A stretch of 64,000 bases of DNA from Pristiophorus japonicus (Eukaryota): positions 9,672,001 through 9,736,000 of the forward strand of contig NC_091998.1 in the NCBI RefSeq assembly GCF_044704955.1, given 5' to 3'. This document shows positions 50,312-61,106 of the stretch, piece after piece. Numbering within the stretch: position 1 is the first letter of the stretch; each line of letters starts with the position of its first letter. Under the pieces are notes generated by a model that made no database searches, was not told where the DNA came from, and saw only the letters and a program-made list of their open reading frames with translations. The translations under genes and the position numbers were made by a program.

Positions 50312-52319
50312 CCTCCCCAACACAGTCATAACAACATACATAAGAACATAAAAAATAGGAGCAGGAGTCGGCCATTCAGCCCCTCGAACCTGTTCTGCCA
50401 TTCAATAAGATCATGGCTGATTTGATCATGGACTCAGCTCCACTTCCCTGCCCGCTGCCCATAACCCTTTATTACCTTATCTCTCAAAAATCTGTCTACC
50501 TCCGCCTCAAATATATTCAATGACCCAGCCTCCACAGCTCTCTGGGGCAGAGAATTCCACAGATTTACAACCCTCAGAGAAGAAATTTCTCCTCATCTCA
50601 GTTTTAAATGGCCCCTTATTCTGAAACTATGTCCCCTAGTTTTAGTTTCCCCTATGAGTGGAAATATCCTCTCTGCATCCACCTTGTCGAGCCCCCTCAT
50701 TATCTTATAAGTTTCGATAAGATCACCTCTCATTCTTCTGATTCTCAGTCCAGCAGCATTCTTTGCTGTTTTAACAATTGTAATTTCTCTCCACTCCCAC
50801 CGCATCGATACAACCTATATTTCATGAATTGATGAACATAAAATAAATATTATATATATTTGGGATAGGTCTCCTGTCAGCTTATCAATTTACACCTCTA
50901 ACATGAAGTACAGATCCCTTTCAGATACACAGGGAGTATATCTGGATTGTCACTTTAATATATTTAAACTTCACACATCTTAAAAATGGCACCTCCCTGA
51001 CTAGCTTCTTTCCGTGCTATAAATTTGATGCATCATCCATGTCCCTATACCCATGAAACTTATCAGCCTAATATTAATTTATTTATAGCTCATCTGTAGT
51101 CGAGGGCTGGGTAGTCTGCCTCCCACAACGCTGGCGGGTTCTCGTGCAGTATGAGACGCTGCACAGATGCCGATTTAACCATTTGAATTCTTCACTTGGG
51201 GCATCAGTTCAAAACCATTTCTGATCACCAATCCCTCTTGGTTTAAGCCCTTTTTATCTTTAAATTTCCACTTTACAGCCAACGTGAAAAAGAGTCAAAA
51301 ATTCAATCAAGATGTGATTCCGGACATTTCATCCCATCAGGAACACCGGTTAAGGGTCATTTACAATTAAAGAAAGCTTTGGCTGTACGGAGCACCTTAT
51401 TTACATTCGCACGAGGGTGTCCCTGGAGACGGAGCACGCAGTGTCTATCCGTACGCTCGCGGCCTCCCGCGACAGGTGGGCGCCGGAGGGACGGAGTACA
51501 TCATCACCCCCCCCCCCCCCCCCCCGAATAACCAAATTTTAATTTGGCTCTGCTAAGTTTTAAAGTTTTACCATTAATTTGTGGGTTCGAAATCGGGGCG
51601 AAGGAGCGGCGAGAGACTGTAGAGGGACGTGATCGGGGCCCAGGGGAGGCCTGAGTTCGGGGCTAGGGGCAGCACGGGCTAGCTCGCACTGCGATGTGTG
51701 TGCGCACTGGGTCCATGAAGCAGAGCTGGTCTCCAGTCGTCATGGGTAAGCCTTGCCACTGGACCAAGACCTAGCTCTGTCAAGCCCGTGTGGTGGCTGG
51801 TGTCCAACGGTCAACACACATTAAAAAAATCCACGCACAGGCATCTTCCACCCTTCAAGATGTAGTTCAGGATCTGGAATATTAGGTCCTTCATTGAAAC
51901 ACCTGTGAACTCATTCTTTTTTGGCGTGGAAGCAAGTCATCCTCGACACGAGGGACCGCCTATGATGATAATAAGGGGCACTCGGCTTTATTGTTTAATT
52001 TTAAATAGTTGTAGCGCCTTATCGCAACTCTCAGAAACATTTTAAGGTGCTCCACAATAAGTTGGTTGGCAATCCTGTAACTATTGTTATTTTGGCAAAC
52101 AAGGACAACCCATTCAACGCCCAGCAAGATCCCACAAGTAGCCGCGCACAGAATGAGCCGTCACTCTGCGATTTTAACATGCAATGTTTGCCTTTAAAGC
52201 CTACCCGCCAGATTATTCAGCGGTATCCTCCTCGCTGAGTGTGACAGGCAGGGGCGTTAAATGTTAATTAAGTAATGAGGCTGGACCTGAGATAATTAAC
52301 TCTGCTCCTTTGTCCCTAG

Positions 52320-52633
52320 GGGTTTGCTGCCACGTGGTTGTGACTCAGCCTCAGCTGTCGATATCGATCCGCCAAGGTCAGGAAGCCATCTTCGAATGCG
52401 GAATTGTTAAAGGCGCCATTAAGAAATTCTACATGCAGTGGTACCGTCAGCTCCCAGAACAGGAGCCTCACCTGATGCTGACCTCAACCTACAAAAGCAA
52501 TACTCCCGAATATGCGCCAGGATTTGGGAAGCGCTACAAAAGCTTGGTGCATTTAACAAGTAACGCCTGCCAACTGCGCATTGAGAAGGTTGCCAAGGCC
52601 GACTCGGGCATGTATTTCTGCGTTGCTGCCTCT
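52320..52633 (+). CDS. V gene segment (Ig V-set, IgL/TCR-gamma-like)
   Basis: CCCTAG| acceptor; VTQP, first Cys (FEC), WYRQ, YAPGF, DSGMYFC; ends flush with the heptamer. Confidence 0.95.
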
Positions 52634-52672
52634 CACAGTGATACTGACACTCAGCTCGATCATACAAGAAGC
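52634..52672 (+). promoter_or_regulatory. 23-bp-spacer recombination signal sequence (V-RSS)
   Basis: CACAGTG + 23 nt (ATACTGACACTCAGCTCGATCAT) + ACAAGAAGC (7/9 match to ACAAAAACC). Confidence 0.92.
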
Positions 52673-53879
52673 TGCTCACCTCAATCTAAGACATGAGAAA
52701 TAGGCCCCAGGGCCCCTCCAGCCTGCTCCGTCATTCAATACGATCACGGCTGATCATCGACCTCAACTCCACTTTCCCGCCCGATCCCTTGATTCCCCGA
52801 GACTCCAAAAATCTATCGATCTCAGCCTTGAATATATTCAGAGACTCAGCATCCACAGCCCCCTGGGGCAGAGAATTCCAAAGATTCACAACCCTCTGAG
52901 TGACGAAATTCCTCCGCATCTCAGTCTTAAATGGCCTTCCCCTTATCCCGAGGCTGTGCCCCCTGGTTCTAGACACTCCAGCCCGGGGGAAACAACCTCT
53001 CAGCATCTACCCTGTGAATCTCCCTTCAGAATCTTGTATGTTTCACCTCTCATTCTTCTGAGCAAGCACCACTATTTGGTGGGATTTCCAAACTGCCAGG
53101 GAACAGGATAACACTTGCTGGCTGCAGTATAGCTCCTGGTAGTTTTTGCCCCCTTCCAGTGTAACTCCTGTTGGAATATAGTGGTCTCTTGGACTCAGAT
53201 CTAACCAGGAAACACATTGAAATCTACATAACTGCGATCCCCCCAGTCCCTGGTAATTCACTGTATGCGAAACACACATTGAGATGTTTACTGAACACTG
53301 TATCAGTTCACTTAAGAAATATCAACGAATACTGAGAAAGGACGTGGATTTATATATCACCTTTCATGCCCTCAGGATGTCCCAAAGTGCCTTACAGCTA
53401 ACTGATTACTTTTGAAACGGAGTCACTGTTTTGTCGGCAAACGCAACAGCCAATTTGGCCCATCAAGGTGCCACAAACTGTAAATAAACGAATGACCAGA
53501 TAATCTGTTTATTTTTTTAGTAATGCTGGTTGAGCGAATCATTTTGGCCAGGACACCGGGGAGAACTCCTCTGCTCTTTCTCAAACAGTGCCGTGGGATC
53601 CTCTCTGTCCTCCCAAACAGGCAGACGGGGCCTCGATTTAACGTCTCAGCCGAAAGACGACACCGCCGACGGTGGGGCACTCCCTCAGCGCTGCACTGGG
53701 AGTGTCAGCCTGGATTCTCTGCTCCGCTCCTGCAGTGGGATGGGGACTCACAAGCTTCTGGCTGCCGACTGAGGCAAGAAAAGCAACTCTTGACAACTTT
53801 CAAGAAGTGTAATTGTAAGGAGTTAATCGGATTTATTGTAGGAGTGAAGTGCAGCTTCCGAGAGCGAAACACATGCTGC

Positions 53880-53907
53880 CATTATTATACAGCTCCGTAT
53901 CACTGTG
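53880..53907 (-). promoter_or_regulatory. 12-bp-spacer RSS (J-RSS) with a degenerate nonamer
   Basis: CATTATTAT (5/9 match to GGTTTTTGT) + 12 nt ACAGCTCCGTAT + perfect CACTGTG. Confidence 0.72.
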
Positions 53908-53958
53908 GGTCTGATACAAATTATATATTTGGTGACGGGACTCAGCTCATTGTGTCTG
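53908..53958 (+). CDS. J gene segment
   Basis: SDTNYIFGDGTQLIVS with the FGxG motif; phase-1 donor G|GTAAG. Confidence 0.95.
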
Positions 53959-54140
53959 GTAAGCAGCATTTTCAATATGTGCTCCCGGCATTGCGTGGCA
54001 ATATTTCCCTTAGCTCCCCACGTTTGCATTTGTAAAATTTGCCTCTATTTGATTAATTCATTTACCTACTCGTTTTAATTATTCAATATTTATGTTGCAC
54101 GGGATGTATAATTTGAGCGATTTGCCACATCGAATATTTT

Positions 54141-55245
54141 GGGCTGGATTTTAAGCTTTTCCATTTTCGGGAAGGGAAAATTACCGGCCGGGAATAGGTT
54201 GCACTTTAGAAAGAAAGTTGCGCCATCTGGGCCCTGCGCCAGGGGGCGCAGCGCGAGGGGAGGCGTTGTACAAGTTTCGTGGCGCAAAAAGTGGGAAACT
54301 CGCAAACTAAAGTGCCAAGCCGTGTGCGCTCCGCGAGAGTCCGAGAGGGAGAAATAACCTGAAAAGGGCCCCCCCCCCCCAAACAAAAACATTCCCACAT
54401 TGCCCACGCTGAAAAAATTAAAAGAACAAACACTGGCGCTTACCGTTACAGCACTCCCCCATCCTCACCGCCGCGGGTCAGGTTCACATCCTGCTGGTGT
54501 CGCAACCAGAGGCGTTGTACACCTGGCGTTGTACGTCTTCCCGCCGGTGCCGCTCCGCGCCGTCGCAAAACCCGCCCCGAGGATCGCGATGGGGTACAGG
54601 GGACCTCACTGCCACCTTTCCCACCGCTCCGGAGCGAAACCCGACAGTTATACAGGGTATCGGTGAGGCCGCACCTGGAATGCTGCGTGCAGTTTTGGTT
54701 TCCATATTTACGAAAGGATATACTTGCTTTGGAGGCAGTTCAGAGAAGGCTCACCAGGTCGATTCCGGGGATGAGGGGGTTGACTTATGAGGAAAGGTTG
54801 AGGAGGTGGACTTATGAGGAGGTTGGGCCTCCATTCATTGGAATTCAGAAAATTGAGAGGTGATCTTATCGAAACGTGTAAGATTATGAGGGGGCTTGAC
54901 AAGGTGAATGCAGAGAGGATGTTTCCACTGATGGGGGAGACTAGAATTAGAGGGCATAATCTTAGAATAAGGGGCCGCCCATTTAAAACTGAGAGGAGGA
55001 GAAATTTCTTCTCTGAGGGTTGTAAATCTGTGGAATTCTCTGCCTCAGAGAGTTGTGGAAGCTGGGACATTGAATAAATTTAAGACAGTGATAGACAGTT
55101 TCTTAAACGATGAGGGATAAGGGGGCGGGCAGGGAAGTGGACCTGAGTCCATGATCGGATCAGTCATGATCTTATTAAATGGCGGAGCAGGCTCGAGGGG
55201 CCGTATGGCCTACTCCTGCTCCTATTTCTTATTAAAATCCAGCCC
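54141..55245. mobile_element. Harbinger-like TIR element in the J-C intron, carrying a CR1 fragment
   Basis: Perfect 14-bp TIR GGGCTGGATTTTAA / TTAAAATCCAGCCC. Confidence 0.65.
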
Positions 55246-55374
55246 TTAATATTTGTAACGATGCACTCGAAGAGTTCCTGATTTTATATCAGTCGGGAGC
55301 GATGTGACTGTTTGGGTAACTTTGTCGTTAATCTGTGTTGCCTTTTTTCCCCCCCCCCCCCCCCCTGCCACAAG

Positions 55375-55701
55375 AGGGAGAGCCACACGTCTCCCCTCCG
55401 AAGCTGTTCATTTTTACCCCCTCGGCGAAGGAGCTGGCGAACAGCGGCACTGCCACGCTGCTGTGCCTGGCGATGGGTTTTAACCCCAAACCAATTCGAG
55501 CTAGCTGGACGGCGAGAGGTGTCGGCCGACCGGAGTCGGTCACCAGTCAGCCGGTGCCTGCACGGGGTGAGGAGACGTTCAGCGTGGTCAGCGTGCTGAC
55601 AGTCAGCGCGAAGGAATGGGAGAGCCAGGTCAACTTCACCTGCCGGCTGCAGCATGAGAGCAACTCCACGTCAGCAGAAATCAGCGGGGGCCTTGACACT
55701 G
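55375..55701 (+). CDS. C1-set constant domain exon
   Basis: Polypyrimidine tract and CAAG|; PPKLFIFTPSAKEL...ATLLCLAMGFNP...W...FSVVSVLTVSAKEW...FTCRLQH; donor G|GTGAG, phase 1-1. Confidence 0.95.
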
Positions 55702-57046
55702 GTGAGCAGTCCTCGTCACTCCCGCGTACCGATTTACAGAGAACTGCATGGGATATACGGCACACAAACAGGCCATTTGGCCCCGTCAGTCCTGTACACT
55801 CGCCTGTCTTTAGCGTCCGACATTAGCGTGTACCAGTGTGTATTTGCTCACTTCAATTTACTGCGTCGATAATATTCATTTCTGTTGCCCAGAATGTACA
55901 CTTAAATAGGAGATACAACTCAGAAACAGGCCATTCGAGCCCACCCGTCCACGCTGGCCTCCTCCTGTCTTTCCTCGTCTAACGATCTATTCCATTCTCT
56001 CTCCCGTGTTTATCTATTTTTTTCCTTAAATGCATCGATATTATTCACCTCAACCACTCCCTGTGGCAGCAAGTTCCACATCATCACCTCTCTCTGGTAA
56101 AGAAGTTTCTCCTGAATTCCCGATTGGATTTCTCGGTGACTATCTTATATTGATGGCCCCTACATTTGCTCTTCCCCACAAGTGGAAACACTTTCTCTAT
56201 CAGAATCTCTATTCTGTCATCCCCTCATCCTTCTCTTTTCAAACCTGATCATCCATTCCTGATATGTATACCCTCGCAGTTCTGGTATCATCCTTGTAAA
56301 TCTTCTCAGCGCCCTTAACATTATTTAATAATATGGCGACCAGAACTGTACGCAGTACTCCAAGTGTGGTCTCACCTTCGAGCAGTCTCTGTGTTGGAGT
56401 GCCCCTAACTCTCCCAGTCCGTGCCGGCGTATATGCTCCACTCGAGCCTCTTCCCGTCTTTCCTCATCTAAATCTATCGGCATAACCCTCTATTCCCTTC
56501 ACCCTCATATGCTTATCCAACCTCCCCTTAAATGCATCGATACTATTCGCTTCAACCACTCCCTGTGGCAGCGAGTTCCACATTCTCACCACTTTCTGGG
56601 TAAAGAAGTTTCTTCTGAATTCCCCATTGGATTTCTTGGTGACTATCTTTTATCAATGGCCTCTAGTTATGCTCTTCCCCTCAAGTGGAAACACTCTCTC
56701 TGTAACCCCTCTATCAAAACCTTTCATCATTTTAAACACCTCGAGAGGTCACCTCTCAATCTTCTCTATTTAAGAGAAAAGAGACCCAGCCTGTTCATCC
56801 TGGGTAAAATGTTATGTTTTTATTTTTGCATACGGGGAAGTGTCGATACGGTTTTATAAGCTACTGTAAACTACCACATTATCTACAGCCTCCACATATC
56901 CCTTGGCAACGTCCAGATAGAGAAGAGGTACAAAATATATACTGAAATAAATGCTGGTTCAGCCAATTGTTCTTGGTGCACTAGACTCCGTCAGAGGAGT
57001 GGAATATTTTATGAATTATTGTTGCATTTTACAAAACATTTCACAG

Positions 57047-57118
57047 ATTCGGAGCAGTGCAGATATCCGGGCTTTGAGTCTCTGGGACCGGCAGAGAACA
57101 CATTGGGCTATTCTTACG
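57047..57118 (+). CDS. Connecting-peptide exon with a putative interchain Cys
   Basis: TTCACAG|DSEQCRYPGFESLGPAENTLGYSY G|GTAAT, 72 nt, phase 1-1, an island of unique sequence between repeats. Confidence 0.78.
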
Positions 57119-58504
57119 GTAATGGAGCTTTTGATTTATTTAAAATAGTTTAATTCTCGAAATAGACAACTCAAATCAACAACCTGTATTTATATAGCTG
57201 TTAAACACCCCGAACTGCTTCACAGGATCGATGCCAGATAAAAATTGAGACCGCCCCATATAAGGACAGGACAGTCGAACAGGTGACCAAAAGCTTGGTC
57301 AAAGAGGTCGTGCTTTTAAGGAGTGTCGTAAAGGAGATGGGGAGATGGGGAGGTGGGGAGATTTAGGGAGGTAACTCTAGAGCTCAGTGCCCAGACACCT
57401 GAAGGCAAGGCCACCGATGGTGGGGTGAAGGAAGTAGGGATTGTACAAGGGGCCAGTGTTGGAGGGGGGTGGAGATCTCGGAGGGTTGTAGGACTGGAGA
57501 TTACAGAGACAGGGAGGGGGCGAGGGCAGTGAGAGATCTGAACATGAGAATTCGTTTTAAAAAATTCATTATCAATCTCAGAAGCAGGTAACGCAACCAA
57601 AAATGATCAGCCTAATCTTCACCTCCTTATGTAGCTCGGTCAAATTCTGCTGGTAATCACCCCTGTGAAGCGCCGTGGGATGTTTTACTAAATTAAAGGT
57701 GCGACATAAATGTAAGTCATTGTTGTATTTGTCTGACACATTTTTTTGGTGACCTGTCTAAATAGCCTAAGAATGACACCGTTGTGAATGAATCATTTTC
57801 AGGCAGGTCACTAGATGTAAGAGAAAAATCTTGTGGAACCATCATCATCATAGGCAGTCCCTCGAAATCGAGGAAGACTTGCTTCCACTCTAAAAGTGAA
57901 TTCTCGGGTGTTTGTACAGTCCAAAACTGGAATTACAGTCTCTGTCGCAGGTGGGACAGACAGTGGTTGAGGGAAAGGGTGGGTGTGGAGTCTGGTTTGC
58001 CGCACGTGTTAGTTTACTGAATATACCTCTGTTCTGTTACCCTTGCCTAACAAAGATCTATCAATAACAATTTTGAAATGTTCACTTGACCCCCAGCTTT
58101 TTGGGGAAGAGAGTTCCAGATTCCCACTGCCCTTTGTGTGAAGAAGTGCTTCCTGAAATTACCCCTGAACGGCCTGGCTCTAATCTTAAGGTTACACCCG
58201 CCTTGTTCTGAACTCCCCCACCAGAGGAAATAGTTTCATTCTAGATCTACCCAATCAAGTACGTCAATCATCTTAAACACCTCAATTGGATCACCCGTTA
58301 ATCTTCTATACTCAAAGAAACACAAACCGAGTCTATCTCTACAACCTGTCCTGATCATTTAACCCCTCGAGCAGATAATCGGGGCTGGGACCACAAAGGG
58401 TGGGGACAATGGGGAGGCAAGATACGCAAGTTCTATTGTAAATTGGTTCCAGTGGCACACTCTGGTGTTCGGTACGACCCGGTCCTTGCCTTATATGCTC
58501 CTGC

Positions 58505-58690
58505 GATGTGCACCATTTGGGGGCAGCCGAAACGGAGGAGGACGTCCACAGGTCCTCACTGTTGACAGTGTCAAAGGTCTTTGTGAGGTCAAAGAAGGCC
58601 ATGTACAAGGGTTGGTGCTGTTCCCTGCATTTGTCTTGTAGTTGTCGCACAGTGAAGACCATGTCTGTTGTACCCCTTCGCGGACGGAAT
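58505..58690 (-). mobile_element. RTE LINE internal RT fragment abutting the TM-exon acceptor
   Basis: MVFTVRQLQDKCREQHQPLYMAFFDLTKTFDTV. Confidence 0.85.
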
Positions 58691-58717
58691 CTCCTCTATT
58701 TCATGCTCTTTCCACAG

Positions 58718-58878
58718 CCCGAGCTTTCCGTGGATTGGAGGTGGCAGCGTTCTCGTTCCTGAGCCTCATCTTGATCAGCCTGGCGTACGGCGCTGTGGTG
58801 TCGGCGGTCATCTGTAAGAGACGGGTCTGCCGGGAGGTGGATGATAACGCGGATGCCGCCATGCGTGTCATTTCCTGA
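58718..58878 (+). CDS. Transmembrane/cytoplasmic exon
   Basis: TTTCCACAG|ARAFRGLE VAAFSFLSLILISLAYGAVVSAVIC KRRVCREVDDNADAAMRVIS*; antigen-receptor TM (CART-like) spacing F..L...S..Y. Confidence 0.88.
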
Positions 58879-59352
58879 TGCTGCCTTGTGGCCAGCGCAG
58901 ACGTGCACCGATCAGTCCCTTCACGCTGTGCTCTGCTCCGCTTGTGACTGAAGCTAAGCTTGGCACTTGTCGCCTGAGGCCCAATCGTTGAGAATTCTTC
59001 GTGCTTGCATCTTTCCTTTTACCGTGTTTAAAAATGTCCGCTAGCGAGGTTAAATGGGGGTGATTTTTTTCAACGCGTGCTCACTCCCAGTGGACGGAGA
59101 TAGGGGAACGACCCCCTCAAGGGTCGGCAACTCTGTTTGCAGGTAACCCTGGAGGTTTCATCACATGACCTCTTGCCTCCAATCGCCCCGCCCCCAAGCT
59201 CCCGCCATTGGTCGCCCGAAACGTCCATCATCGCAGCGCACCGCCTTCTCCACCAATGGGGAAGCAAACGGGCTCTTCATGACCCGATTGGATGATGCTC
59301 GAGTGTCAGTCGAACCGCCTCTTTGTTCCCGTCGCCAATATTTTACGAAACT

Positions 59353-59358
59353 AATAAA
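59353..59358 (+). terminator. Probable poly(A) signal of the antigen-receptor-like gene
   Basis: First AATAAA noticed after the stop codon, followed by a T/GT-rich stretch. Confidence 0.6.
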
Positions 59359-60436
59359 ACGTTCAGCGAAAATTTAAAAAGAATTCACACATATTTGTTT
59401 TTAATGTCCTTGTGATTTTTCTCCCAGGTGTTAGAAACATAGAAATATAGAAAAATAGGAGCAGGAGTAGGCCATTCGGCCCTTCGAGTCTGCACCGCCA
59501 TTCAATAAGATCATGGCTGATCCTCTATCTCAACACCAGTAGCCTGGTAATCGTTAATTCCTGGAGACTCCAGGGTATTCCTGGAAGGTTGGCAACCTCC
59601 TCCCCAATTCACAGAGACCGAGAAGGGCAGGAGTGACTGCAAGCTCGGTCGTAAAGTTGGGTTTATAAAGGTGGGGAGAGGAGGAGAGAGGTGGGGGGGG
59701 GGCGGTGGATTGGGATAAGGAGGGTGTCCCGGAAAGTGGGCCTGAGGCGGCTGAAGGATCTGCTGCCGGGGGGGGTGGGGCAAAGGGGAGGGGGTGCACA
59801 GAGGGCCGGAGTCAGGCCCCCGCAATGTGCACCCCAATTCCTGATTCGCTCTGCTGGTGAACGGGAGTCCATGTGCAGAAAATTACCCCAACAGTCCTCC
59901 GAAGGACCGGGGGAACCTCTGACACTGTTGCCATGGGGATTCCGGCTTACCTTATAGGCTGAAGCCCTTGTGTGGGATTCAGGCATCAGAAAATGAAGCT
60001 GAAACTGTTTATAACACAACCCTGAGAGGGGATTACTGCCTTGCAATGTATCCGTCACTTTTACAGCGCATTTGGGGATTGCTGGGGTCGGGTTTTATTT
60101 CTGTTTACAATATTGTCGATCCCACAAATGGTGCCATTGAGGATATCAGTGGGCAGAGGTCTCCATGTGATAACATCGCCTAAACAACTGTGGAGTGATT
60201 ACTAGTAAACGCTTATTGAATAAATCAAGTAATGATGACCAAAAAACATAATAGTCAATAAATATGAATGATATAGTCAACGTACATCACATTCCGCCGA
60301 TTTCCAAGAACAAGACAAGCCCTTACTTATCAGTAAAAATACCGAGAAACAAACTCCATGGTCCCTGTATAAGACACCTTCCAGCTGTCACCACAGTGCA
60401 GAAACACAGAGAGGTCAGAATTTGAGGAGGGAAAAG

Positions 60437-61106
60437 AGACTGGGAGACTGGGAGCTGGAGACTGGGAGAGGGGAGATGGAGACTGGGAGAGTGGAGATGG
60501 AGACTGGGAGAGGAGAGCTGGAGACTGGGAGAGCGGAGCTGGAGACTGGGAGAGGGGAGATGGAGACTGGGAGAGGAGAGCTGGAGACTGGGAGAGGGGA
60601 GCTGGAGACTGGGAGAGGGGAGCTGGAGACTGGGAGAGGAGAGCTGGAGACTGGGAGAGGGGAGCTGGAGACTGGGAGAGGGGAGATGGAGACTGGGAGA
60701 GGGGAGATGGAGACTGGGAGAGGGGAGATGGAGACTGGGAGAGGAGAGCTGGAGACTGGGAGAGGGGAGATGGAGACTGGGAGAGGGGAGATGGAGACTG
60801 GGAGAGGGGAGCTGGAGACTGGGAGAGGGGAGCTGGAGACTGGGAGAGGGGAGATGGAGACTGGGAGAGGAGAGCTGGAGACTGGGAGAGGGGAGCTGGA
60901 GACTGGGAGAGGGGAGATGGAGACTGGGAGAGGGGAGCTGGAGACTGGGAGAGGGGAGCTGGAGACTGGGAGAGGGGAGATGGAGACTGGGAGAGGGGAG
61001 CTGGAGACTGGGAGAGGAGAGCTGGAGACTGGGAGAGGGGAGATGGAGACTGGGAGAGGGGAGCTGGAGACTGGGAGAGGAGAGCTGGAGACTGGGAGAG
61101 CGGAGC
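60437..61106. repeat. G-rich 21-bp minisatellite, about 31 copies
   Basis: Unit GGAGACTGGGAGAG(G/A)GAG(C/A)T-type; explains the ETGRGEL-repeat ORFs. Confidence 0.95.

Larger units (their letters stand above)
48892..58878 (+). other. Antigen-receptor-like minilocus in germline configuration: L - V(23RSS) - (12RSS)J - C1 - connecting peptide - TM/cytoplasmic
   Basis: Six coding pieces with canonical GT-AG phase-1 junctions, no internal stops, and a 12/23-compatible RSS pair. Confidence 0.9.

Noticed and set aside
53259-53281. CACTGTA-TGCGAAACA-CACATTG resembling a D segment between V and J
   Set aside because: The 5' heptamer lacks the essential GTG and there are no nonamers at 12 or 23 spacing. 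V-23/J-12 already satisfies the 12/23 rule.
48892-58878. Calling the locus a conventional IgL cluster or TRG/TRB
   Set aside because: The C exon splices on to CP and TM exons (not IgL). A single V/J and an uncharged TM are not conventional TCR features.
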